NCBI GenBank assembly: GCA_017472305.1
Contig: JAFUQP010000002.1
Coordinates: forward strand, 2,143 to 66,142
Direction of reading: 5' to 3'
DNA: 64,000 bases
From: Clostridia bacterium
GTDB lineage: Bacteria; Bacillota; Clostridia; Oscillospirales; CAG-272
The position numbers and the translations under genes were made by a program. This document shows positions 1 to 8,501 of this stretch, piece by piece; the stretch's first letter is position 1, and every line of letters begins with the position of its first letter. The notes beneath the pieces are model-generated. The model was not told the origin of the DNA and made no database searches. It saw only the letters and a program-made list of their open reading frames with translations.

Positions 1-235
1 GATACAGCGTAGGCTCGCCGCCGCTTACGCATACAGCCGAAAGTCTGCCACGCCTCGAGTCAAGAAAATCAAAGAACTCCGCCTCGTCTATTCCTTCGGC
101 GAGCTTTGTGGGAAGAACGAGAGAGGCGTTGTGACAGAACGGGCAGCGGAAATTGCAGCCGTTAACAAACACCGTTGCGGCAATCTCCCCGGGATAATCG
201 AGAAGCGTCAGCTTCTGAAGTCCGCCAAGCACCAT
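1..235 (-). CDS. nrdG: Radical-SAM activating enzyme of the NrdG type (anaerobic ribonucleotide reductase activase family). Only the N-terminal 78 codons are present; the gene runs off the window.
   Basis: My own translation of the - strand from ATG 235..233 gives MVLGGLQKLTLLDYPGEIAATVFVNGCNFRCPFCHNASLV...VSGGEPTLY. It has the CxxxCxxC cluster motif. The ATG overlaps the stop of the upstream ACP gene (TAATG). It is absent from the ORF track because it is truncated. Confidence 0.7.
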   Translation of the reverse strand, partial: MVLGGLQKLTLLDYPGEIAATVFVNGCNFRCPFCHNASLVLPTKLAEGIDEAEFFDFLDSRRGRLSAVCVSGGEPTLY

Positions 236-456
236 TACACGCGTTCCTCAAGGTATGTGCAGACGTCGCCCACCGTTTCAAATCTTACGAACTCGGTGAA
301 CTTGAAGGAGAATGCGTCCTCAATCTCCATACTCATCATCATAAGCGCGAGCGAGTCAAACTCGAGGTCCTCAATAAGTCTTGTTTCAAGGGTAACCGTG
401 CTCATATCCAGCTCGGGTACAATCTTTGTAAGTATCTCTTTAAGTCTGTCTAACAT
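235..456 (-). CDS. Acyl carrier protein-like, 73 aa
   Basis: ORF track. The size fits, and a DSL phosphopantetheine-attachment motif (LEFDSLALMMM) in an acidic helical context is typical of carrier proteins. Confidence 0.75.
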   Translation of the reverse strand: MLDRLKEILTKIVPELDMSTVTLETRLIEDLEFDSLALMMMSMEIEDAFSFKFTEFVRFETVGDVCTYLEERV

Positions 457-480
457 AGATATTCTCTTCCTTTCGGTACT

Positions 481-1608
481 CTATTTAATACTCTTGACGT
501 AGGCGCGGCGGCGCTTGTGCTGACGCGCTGTGAAATACTTCCACTGCGAAATAACAGCAGTATTCGTTTCAAGGTTAAGGTTGGTTTCAAGCGACCTTAC
601 GTCACCTGAGGTGAGCATATCAACCATACCGTTCAGAAGAACGGCGTTAATGCCCGCGCTCTGATACTCGGGAAGCACCGCAATAAGACCGAGGTCTACG
701 GTAGTCGGCCTTGCAACTGCACGAAGAAGCTTGATAAGCGCTATAGGGTTAAGCCTGCCGCCGCTTTTCCTTATCGCCTTGCCTATCGAGGGAAAGCACA
801 GTCCGAAGGCTACAACCCTTTCGTTTTCGTCGAGGATTACAGGAAGATACCTGTTATTGAGTATCAGCATAAACTGTCCGACAATCTCTGCCTTCTCCTC
901 CTCGCTTATCGGTACCGTGCCGTAAAGCTTACTGTAGCACTCGTCAAGAACCTCAAAGCAACCTTCCTTATATTTATTAATGTAGTCTTTCTTCGGGATA
1001 TTCGTATCGGCAATATGCAGCCTGCTTAATTCAAGCGCACGGAGCGCAACTCGCTCGAGCATAGGGTTCTTCTTCTCGGGGGCGCGAAGCTCGAACTCCA
1101 GCCAGTCAATCTCCTTCGTAAGCCCTGCCGACTCGACGAGCGCGGGATAGTAGGGGTAATTATACTGCTCCTCGAAGGTAGACATCTCCGAAAATCCGTC
1201 GATAAGCAGCCCCTCTCTGTCAAGGTCGGTATATCCGAGAGGGCCGCAGAGGGTGTCCATTCCGCGCTCTCTGCCCCACTCCTCGAGTGCCGAGAAGAGA
1301 GCCCCCGACACCTCTGTGTCGTCAATAGAGTCAAAGCGAGTAAAGCGCAGTCGCCTCTCGCCGTGAAGCTCGTTATACTGCTTCTGAATTATTCCCTGTA
1401 TTCTTCCGACAGTCTGTCCGTCCCGTCTTGCAAGAAGGAACACCGACTCGGAGATTTTGGGCTTGCCGCCTGCCAAAAGAAGCTTTTTTTCGTCACCGTA
1501 GAGCGGCGGCACGAACTGCTCGCAGCCTCTGTAAAGACGGAGCGGCAGCTCAATAAATTCCTTTATGTCCTTTTTAGTTCTGACCTCGCTTACGCTTACC
1601 ATAAACAC
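481..1608 (-). CDS. GNAT-fold acyltransferase-like protein, 375 aa; substrate unknown
   Basis: ORF track. The C-terminal segment LIAVLPEYQSAGINAVLLNGMV resembles GNAT motif A. I do not recognise the N-terminal part. Confidence 0.5.
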   Translation of the reverse strand: MFMVSVSEVRTKKDIKEFIELPLRLYRGCEQFVPPLYGDEKKLLLAGGKPKISESVFLLARRDGQTVGRIQGIIQKQYNELHGERRLRFTRFDSIDDTEVSGALFSALEEWGRERGMDTLCGPLGYTDLDREGLLIDGFSEMSTFEEQYNYPYYPALVESAGLTKEIDWLEFELRAPEKKNPMLERVALRALELSRLHIADTNIPKKDYINKYKEGCFEVLDECYSKLYGTVPISEEEKAEIVGQFMLILNNRYLPVILDENERVVAFGLCFPSIGKAIRKSGGRLNPIALIKLLRAVARPTTVDLGLIAVLPEYQSAGINAVLLNGMVDMLTSGDVRSLETNLNLETNTAVISQWKYFTARQHKRRRAYVKSIK

Positions 1609-1626
1609 CTCGGCTATATAGTCTGA

Positions 1627-2526
1627 TTACTCAAGAGGCTCGTCCTCGCGGCGAAGCCTGATAAGCTCGTAGCCCGCAAGCCACGGGCCGTTGTGACAGC
1701 CGCTGACGGGGGACATAATTACGTCCTCGTGGTTAGTTTCGATACCGTATCTGCCCTCAATCTCTTTAAGAGTTTCAAGAAGCGAGGTTCCTGTATAAAC
1801 GTGCCAGAGCAGATAGTCCTTGGGGTCTCTGTCACCGATAATTTCCTTCATCATCTCACACATACGCATAAGCGCCTTCTTCGGGGTTCTTACGCTCTCG
1901 AGTGCGAGAAGCTCTCCGTCCTTCGTGAAATGAACGACGGGGCAAATCTTAAGCATCTGTCCGATAAATGCCTTTCCGCCCTTAAGTCTGCCGTTGTAGA
2001 TAAGGTAGTCAAGCTTTCCGTCAACTCCGTAGAACTCCTGGTGCTTAATCATCCAGTTTATTTCCTTGAGAATAGTTTCGGAGTCACGGCCCTCGTCAAC
2101 GAGTTTCTTTGCAAATACCGCAAGGAAGCCCTCGTTAAAGCAGGTCACCTTCGAGTCAACTACGTGCACCTTAAGTCTGTCCTCATACTCCCTTGCAACA
2201 AGCGAAAGCTCGTTGTACGTGCCGCCAAGTCCCGAGCTTATCGCAATAACGATAGCCTCGTCGCAGCCCTCCTCGATTGCCTTGTCATAGTGAGCGCGAA
2301 TAGTTTCTATCGAGGGCATACCCGTCTTAGGAAGATTGTTTTTGGGGTCCTCGAGGGTTTCAAGCTTTTCGTAAAACTCCCAAGGATTTAAGTCTACTCC
2401 CTCGAGGTAGTCCTTGCCCTCGAAGTAAATATGTATTCTTATGATGTCAATGCCGAGATTTCTGTATCTCTCGGGCGCGTACTCAATGCAGCCCGTAGAG
2501 GTGCACATTACCTTGATTTTTCCCAT
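1627..2526 (-). CDS. DegV family fatty-acid-binding protein (FakB-type)
   Basis: The translation MGKIKVMCTSTGCIEY...IVIAISSGLGGTYN matches the DegV pattern. The start was moved to ATG 2526, which follows AAAGAGG. Confidence 0.85.
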   Translation of the reverse strand: MGKIKVMCTSTGCIEYAPERYRNLGIDIIRIHIYFEGKDYLEGVDLNPWEFYEKLETLEDPKNNLPKTGMPSIETIRAHYDKAIEEGCDEAIVIAISSGLGGTYNELSLVAREYEDRLKVHVVDSKVTCFNEGFLAVFAKKLVDEGRDSETILKEINWMIKHQEFYGVDGKLDYLIYNGRLKGGKAFIGQMLKICPVVHFTKDGELLALESVRTPKKALMRMCEMMKEIIGDRDPKDYLLWHVYTGTSLLETLKEIEGRYGIETNHEDVIMSPVSGCHNGPWLAGYELIRLRREDEPLE

Positions 2527-2638
2527 TTCAATTGCCTCTTTTCTGTTTTTTGGCAGATTACATTGCACTAACTGTAGGAGTGTCGGTTACATTTCTGCCC
2601 TGAATTATTTATCGATTATAAGTTTTTTTATATTACCG

Positions 2639-3628
2639 TCAGTGACTATGATTTTTTTCGTCAAACACGCTCTTGTTCTCGAGCATATTAAGAAGTATTC
2701 CCGAGGTGCTGACAATCGACTGCTCGTTTGCCGCGCCGTGAGCCTTGATTACAGGCTTCCTTATTCCGAGAAGAATACCTCCGCCGAGCGAGTTGAAGTC
2801 GTATATTCCCATAAGATATCCGACGAGCTTCATAATATTTTCCTCACCGGTTTTCTTCGAATACTTTACTATATCGGTTATGATTCTTCTGGCAATTCCC
2901 TCGCTGACCTTAAGCACCTGGTTGCCGGCAAATCCGTCGGCAACCAGCACGTCGCACTCGCCCGATAGCGCGCGAGTTCCCTCGAAATTACCGATAAAGG
3001 AAATATCCCCGTCTGCCTCGAGGAGAGGATACGCCTCCTTGACCGCCTTGTTTCCCTTGGTTGACTCCGCGCCGTTAGAGAGGAGCGCAACCTTCGGCTC
3101 GTCGATAGCGTAATACTTTTTCATAAAGTCGCTGCCGAGTCTTGCAAAGTGGTGAAGCATCCCAGGCGTGCAGTCCACCGTCGCGCCTGTGTCCACAAGG
3201 CAGGTGAAATTGCCGTTAGCTCCCGGGAGCACAGCGCAAAGCGCGGGGCGAACTCTGTCGGGTGCCGAGAGAAATCTCATAGCCCCCGCAATAAGCGCGC
3301 CTGTGTTTCCCGCGTTTATCATTCCGTCAATATCATCTCTCTCGGCAAGTGCCGAAAGCGCTACCACAAGTGTCGAATCGGGCTTGCCGAAAACCGCCGT
3401 AGCAGGGCTGTCGTAGTTGGTGATAACGTCGTTTGCCTCGATAATCTCGACCCTCTCGGGCGCTACTCCGAGCTTCTCGCACTCGCCCTCAATAAGCGCG
3501 CGCTTACCGACGAGCACCACCGAGAGTGTCGGGTGCGCCCGAAGCGCCTCGGCAGCACCCCGTATCATCATCTCGGGCCCCTTGTCCGAGCCCTCGGTGT
3601 CTATTATTATTTTTCTGTACTTTTCCAT
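2639..3628 (-). CDS. plsX: Phosphate acyltransferase PlsX
   Basis: KIIIDTEGSDKGPEMMIRGA...VIKAHGAANEQSI is typical of PlsX. The start is taken at MEKYRK (ATG 3628). Confidence 0.9.
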   Translation of the reverse strand: MEKYRKIIIDTEGSDKGPEMMIRGAAEALRAHPTLSVVLVGKRALIEGECEKLGVAPERVEIIEANDVITNYDSPATAVFGKPDSTLVVALSALAERDDIDGMINAGNTGALIAGAMRFLSAPDRVRPALCAVLPGANGNFTCLVDTGATVDCTPGMLHHFARLGSDFMKKYYAIDEPKVALLSNGAESTKGNKAVKEAYPLLEADGDISFIGNFEGTRALSGECDVLVADGFAGNQVLKVSEGIARRIITDIVKYSKKTGEENIMKLVGYLMGIYDFNSLGGGILLGIRKPVIKAHGAANEQSIVSTSGILLNMLENKSVFDEKNHSH

Positions 3629-3670
3629 ATTACCTTGCAGGGGGTGTGACCTGCGACTCCTTCTCAAAAA

Positions 3671-5320
3671 TTATTCAAGCGCTACGAGGTAGTCGTAGAC
3701 CTCCTGACCTCCTATATATACCTCTACGTCAAAGTCGGGATAAAGCTCCTCAAGCCTCTCCGTAAGACCCGCGCGGCGCTCCTCACCGACGTCCTTTCCG
3801 ACAAACAGCGTCAGTATCTCATAGTCGTCGATATTCTCGACTGCCTGAAGCATTCCGATAACACATTCCTCAGCACTGTCGGCAACGGCAGTAATTTCAC
3901 CGTCGGTTATTGCTATGTAGTCGCCCGCGTGAACCTCCTTGCCTCCTATCGTAACGTCGCGCACCGCAACGGTTATCTCGCTGCCCACAACCTCTCCTGC
4001 GGCTCTCTCGATGTTCCTCACAAGCACGTCAACGTCGGTAATTCCGGGAGTTATTACCTGCAGCGCTCCGTAGCCCTGCATAAGAGTTTTGGTCGGTATG
4101 ATATGAATGTTCGCTCCGTCGTATAGCTCCGATGCCTGCTTTGCGGCAAGAAATACGTTCTTGTTGTTCGGCAGGACTATAATATTTTCTGCGTCGTGCT
4201 CGCGGAACGCCTCAATAAACTCCTCGGTCGAGGGGTTCTGCGTCTGACCGCCCGAGATTACTCCGTCCGCGCCCAGCTCGCAAAACAGAGAGCACATTCC
4301 CTCTCCCGTAGCAACCGTAAGCACCGAGAGCTTTGCTCTGTCCTTTTTCTTCGGCGCGGGCTCGCCCGAGTGACCGAGCGACATATTTTCTATCTTCACA
4401 GTCAGAAATTCGCCGAAGCGCTGGCACTCGTCAAGAATTTTGCCCGGGGTGAAGGAGTGAACGTGCACCTTAATGATATCGCCGTCCTTGTAGGCAACAA
4501 TGCTCTCGCCGCCAAGCGACAGAAGCAGCTCCTTGACGCACTCAATATCAAACGAGTCAACATCTACCTTACTGTCGGTAAGACGCAGAAGAAATTCCGT
4601 GCAGTAGCCGAACTCCAGCTTTGACTCTCTCGTAAAGCGGCTGATATCGGGAGCTGCGCTCTTCTCCTCGGTGAGCGAGGCAAGAGTGGTCGTACCCTTG
4701 ATTTTTCCCGTAAGGGCAAGGTACATTCCCACCGCAATGCAGAGATATCCCGCGGCACCCGAGTCAACGACGTCTGCCTCGCGAAGCACGGGCAAAAGCT
4801 CCTTCGTTCTCTCGAGCGAGCGCTTTGCCTCCTCTATATGGAGCTTATAGAAATCCTCTATAGAGGATTTTTCATTTATTCTTTCCGCCGCGTATTCGGT
4901 AGCCTCTCTGAATACCGTAAGGATTGTTCCCTCAGTCGGATTCTGAACCGAGGCGTAGGATTTGTCAATTCCGCGCTTGTAGGCAAGCGAGAGGTCGGTA
5001 GCGCTCACCCTCTCGTAGTGAGATAGCTCCTCCTTTATGCCTGCGAAAATCTGGGAGAGTATTACTCCCGAGTTTCCTCTCGCCCCGAGAAGCGCGCCGC
5101 GCGCAAAGCTGTCTATAACGTCTGCTATGCTCTCCGACTCAACGTTCTTTATCGAATTAAGTCCGCCCTCGAGAGTAAGGGTCATATTTGTTCCGGTATC
5201 TCCGTCCGGCACGGGGAAAACGTTAAGGTCGTTTATCTCGCTGATATTCGAGCGCATATTTTCCGCGCCGCCTATAAGCATATCCTTAAGCAGCTTTCCG
5301 TTCAGTATACTAGTACTCAT
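3671..5320 (-). CDS. fakA: DAK2-domain fatty acid kinase subunit (YloV/FakA type), 549 aa
   Basis: The N-terminal NDLNVFPVPDGDTGTNMTLT motif and the ~550-aa length match the YloV/FakA family. Confidence 0.85.
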   Translation of the reverse strand: MSTSILNGKLLKDMLIGGAENMRSNISEINDLNVFPVPDGDTGTNMTLTLEGGLNSIKNVESESIADVIDSFARGALLGARGNSGVILSQIFAGIKEELSHYERVSATDLSLAYKRGIDKSYASVQNPTEGTILTVFREATEYAAERINEKSSIEDFYKLHIEEAKRSLERTKELLPVLREADVVDSGAAGYLCIAVGMYLALTGKIKGTTTLASLTEEKSAAPDISRFTRESKLEFGYCTEFLLRLTDSKVDVDSFDIECVKELLLSLGGESIVAYKDGDIIKVHVHSFTPGKILDECQRFGEFLTVKIENMSLGHSGEPAPKKKDRAKLSVLTVATGEGMCSLFCELGADGVISGGQTQNPSTEEFIEAFREHDAENIIVLPNNKNVFLAAKQASELYDGANIHIIPTKTLMQGYGALQVITPGITDVDVLVRNIERAAGEVVGSEITVAVRDVTIGGKEVHAGDYIAITDGEITAVADSAEECVIGMLQAVENIDDYEILTLFVGKDVGEERRAGLTERLEELYPDFDVEVYIGGQEVYDYLVALE

Positions 5321-5538
5321 AAGCCGTCTTTCCTATTAATTAATAAAAAATAAGGAGCGTGAGGCAGAAGAAGCCCTCTGCGCCACACCCCATATTTTAA
5401 CTCAAAAATCAAATATAATCAAGAGAAAAATTACCGAAAAGCCTGTTTTTTAAGACAATTCGACAGTTTTGTCTAAATTGCGTTGTGCAGGCTTGACAAA
5501 ATTTTATCACGCAATTTGTGCAACATAAATCGCAAAGC

Positions 5539-6426
5539 TCAGAACTGCCGTATCGGCTTTACCGCAAGCCCACACTCAAACTGTGTCACCTCGCCGACGG
5601 CAAAGAAGCCGTCCTTATTATACAGGGCAAAGCGCTCGCCGACCTCCGCCGTAAGTCCAATCTTCTTAAGATATATCTCCTGACCGTTTCCCGCAAGGCG
5701 CGCGTAGAAATCGGGGAGAGTTATTTTTTTGTACTCTCTGAAAATATGCTCTGTCGGAAGAAGGACGCGCGAAAGCTCCTCCTCACTCATTCCTTCAAGC
5801 TCCTCAAGCGTGTAAGAGTCCTCAAGTGTATATCCCGAGGCTCTCGTGCGCTCGAGAGTTTTCATTACTCCTCCGACTCCGAGCGCAGCTCCAATATCGG
5901 CACACAGCGTTCTTATATAGGTGCCCTTCGAGCAGTGAACGTCAAGGCGGTATTCCCTGTCGCTTGTCCTGCTTATATCAATCGAATGGACGGTAACCTC
6001 TCTGGGCTCTCGCTCTACGGTAACACCTCGGCGCGCAAGCTCGTATAGCTTTTTTCCCCCAACCTTCAGAGCCGAATACATAGGCGGTGTCTGCATTATT
6101 TTGCCGACAAAGCGCGAAGCCGCCCTGAAAACCTCGTCCTCCTTCGGTATATCCTCGCAGCGCGAAAGCACCTCGCCGGTTATATCCTCTGTATCGGTGG
6201 TTAATCCGAGAAGAAGGGTTGCCGAATAATACTTATCGGCAGTGAGCATAAATTCGCTCGCCTTCACAGCCCGTCCGACAAGAACGGGAAGCACTCCCGT
6301 AGCGAGAGGGTCAAGCGTACCCGTATGCCCTGCCTTATCGGCTGAAAATATTTTCTTTACGCGAAAGACGACAGCCTGGCTGCTCATTCCCTCGCACTTT
6401 TTTACTATTACGACTCCGCTCTTCAA
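5539..6426 (-). CDS. truB: tRNA pseudouridine(55) synthase
   Basis: The GHTGTLDPLATGVLPVLVGRA catalytic-Asp motif plus a C-terminal PUA-like part. Confidence 0.9.
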   Translation of the reverse strand: MKSGVVIVKKCEGMSSQAVVFRVKKIFSADKAGHTGTLDPLATGVLPVLVGRAVKASEFMLTADKYYSATLLLGLTTDTEDITGEVLSRCEDIPKEDEVFRAASRFVGKIMQTPPMYSALKVGGKKLYELARRGVTVEREPREVTVHSIDISRTSDREYRLDVHCSKGTYIRTLCADIGAALGVGGVMKTLERTRASGYTLEDSYTLEELEGMSEEELSRVLLPTEHIFREYKKITLPDFYARLAGNGQEIYLKKIGLTAEVGERFALYNKDGFFAVGEVTQFECGLAVKPIRQF

Positions 6427-6600
6427 TATAAAGCCCCTTTGTCAGTCGGCACCCTGCCGTTTTTATTCTATTTTACCATAGCGGCAAAACAATTTCAAGA
6501 GAAGCCCTTGTAAAATTATAAAATATATGATAAAATATCAGTGTATTTTAAAGCACCGCAAAGAAAAAACTTTCTCGCGGCGGCGGAACGGAGAATTATT

Positions 6601-6870
6601 ATGAAGGCTGTTGTAACCGTTACAGGTAAGGACAAGGTTGGTATTATCGCTATGGCAAGCGCGGAATGCGCAAAGTACGGAGCGAATATCGTAGATATCA
6701 GCCAGACCGTTATGAAGGATTATTTTGCAATGATTATGCTTATCGAGCTTGACGGACTCACCACCGATTTTGCAAGCTTTTCCGATAAGCTTCAGATTGC
6801 AGGTACCGAGGCAGGCGTTGATATCCGCGTTATGCACGAGGATATCTTCAACACTATGCACAAGATTTAA
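6601..6870 (+). CDS. ACT domain protein (UPF0237 type)
   Basis: [20 protein letters not shown]...; ATG 6601 follows GGAG; it is paired with the UPF0210 gene as usual. Confidence 0.8.
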   Translation: MKAVVTVTGKDKVGIIAMASAECAKYGANIVDISQTVMKDYFAMIMLIELDGLTTDFASFSDKLQIAGTEAGVDIRVMHEDIFNTMHKI

Positions 6871-6884
6871 TTTGGAGAAGGTCA

Positions 6885-8243
6885 ATGCTTAATACACAGG
6901 ATATACTCGAAACAATTAAAATGATAAGAGAGGAAAACCTCGATATCCGTACAGTAACGATGGGTATTTCGCTCTTTGACTGTATCACAGACGACCCCTC
7001 TCGCCTCGAGGAGAAGATATACGACAAAATTACAGGCTCTGCCCGCCGTCTTGTTTCGGTTTGCGAGGAGCTTGAGCGCACCTACGGTATTCCGATTGTC
7101 AACAAGAGAATATCGGTAACCCCGATATCCTATATCGGCGCAGGACTCTCTCCCGAGGGCTTCGTAAGACTTGCAAGAGTTCTTGAGCGCGCGGCAACCG
7201 AGCTTGGAGTCAACTTTATCGGCGGCTACTCGGCGCACGTGCAGAAGGGCTGCATCAAGGGTGCTGCAAATCTTATAGAGTCAATTCCCGAGGCGCTTTC
7301 AGAAACGACGAGAATCTGCTCCTCAATCAACGTTGCCACCACCAAGGCGGGAATTAATATGGACGCGGTGAAGAAGATGGGCGAAATTATTAAAAAGACC
7401 GCCTACCTCACGCGCGACAATGACTCCATCGGCTGTGCAAAGCTCGTTGTGTTTGCCAACATACCCGAGGACAACCCCTTTATGGCAGGCGCCGTTCACG
7501 GCATCGGCGAGCCCGACACGGTTATTAACGTCGGCGTCAGCGGCCCCGGTGTAGTTGCGGCGGCAATCAAGGAAGCCGGACAGTGCGACTTCTCTATGCT
7601 CGCCGACACGGTAAAGAAGATTGCCTTCAAGATTACAAGAGTCGGTCAGCTCATAGCCGCAGAGGCGGCAAACAGACTCGGCGTACCCTACGGCATAGTA
7701 GACCTCTCGCTTGCTCCCACTCCCGCAAAGGGCGACTCGGTTGCCGAGATACTCGAGAATATGGGACTTGAGCGCACAGGCACTCACGGTACAACAGCAG
7801 CCCTCGCACTCCTCAACGATGCGGTAAAGAAGGGCGGCGTTATGGCGTCGAGCCACGTCGGCGGTCTTTCGGGCGCGTTCATTCCCGTATCCGAGGACAG
7901 AGGAATGATAAACGCGGCGGTATGCGGCACCCTCACCCTTGAGAAGCTTGAGGCTATGACGGCGGTTTGCTCGGTCGGACTTGATATGATTGCAATTCCG
8001 GGCGACACCGAGGCATCTACCATATCGGGAATTATCGCAGACGAGATTTCTATAGGCGTAGTCAACAACAAGACGACGGCAGTCAGGGTTATCCCCGTTT
8101 ACGGCAAGGAAGAGGGGGATATCGCACAGTTCGGAGGACTTCTCGGCTATGCTCCCATAATGCCCCTGAAATCCGAGTCCTGCGCAGCGTTTATAAATCG
8201 CGGCGGCAGAATTCCCGCACCCATTCACTCGTTGAGGAACTGA
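6885..8243 (+). CDS. UPF0210 (DUF711, PFL-like) protein
   Basis: The N-terminus [24 protein letters not shown] and the 452-aa length are typical of UPF0210. Confidence 0.8.
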   Translation: MLNTQDILETIKMIREENLDIRTVTMGISLFDCITDDPSRLEEKIYDKITGSARRLVSVCEELERTYGIPIVNKRISVTPISYIGAGLSPEGFVRLARVLERAATELGVNFIGGYSAHVQKGCIKGAANLIESIPEALSETTRICSSINVATTKAGINMDAVKKMGEIIKKTAYLTRDNDSIGCAKLVVFANIPEDNPFMAGAVHGIGEPDTVINVGVSGPGVVAAAIKEAGQCDFSMLADTVKKIAFKITRVGQLIAAEAANRLGVPYGIVDLSLAPTPAKGDSVAEILENMGLERTGTHGTTAALALLNDAVKKGGVMASSHVGGLSGAFIPVSEDRGMINAAVCGTLTLEKLEAMTAVCSVGLDMIAIPGDTEASTISGIIADEISIGVVNNKTTAVRVIPVYGKEEGDIAQFGGLLGYAPIMPLKSESCAAFINRGGRIPAPIHSLRN

Positions 8244-8299
8244 TTTTATTCACGTTTCTGCCCGAAATTAAAGTTAATATTTCGCATTTTGCGACATAC

Positions 8300-8348
8300 G
8301 CGACGGCAGCTCACGCTTTTGTGAGGAAAGCCGTCGCGTTCTTTTATT
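8300..8348 (+). terminator. Intrinsic terminator after the UPF0210 gene
   Basis: GCGACGGC...(inner CTCAC/GTGAG)...GCCGTCGC followed by GTTCTTTTATTATT. Confidence 0.7.
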
Positions 8349-8501
8349 ATTCGTCCTGACTCGGCAGAATACAAAAGCGTAATCCGTCAAATTCCGCGCC
8401 TACACCGTATTAAAATATGTAGTAAGAAAAAAGCTCGGGCGTACCCGTTTACAGCCGCGCGGAGCTCCTCTCGAGATTACCGCGACAGCGGCAGAACGGA
8501 T

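Noticed and set aside
131-502. + strand ORFs 131-502 and 175-453 at the left edge
   Set aside because: They overlap the - strand ACP and NrdG-type genes, both of which have clear motifs. The + strand translations are Ser/Ile-rich with no signals.
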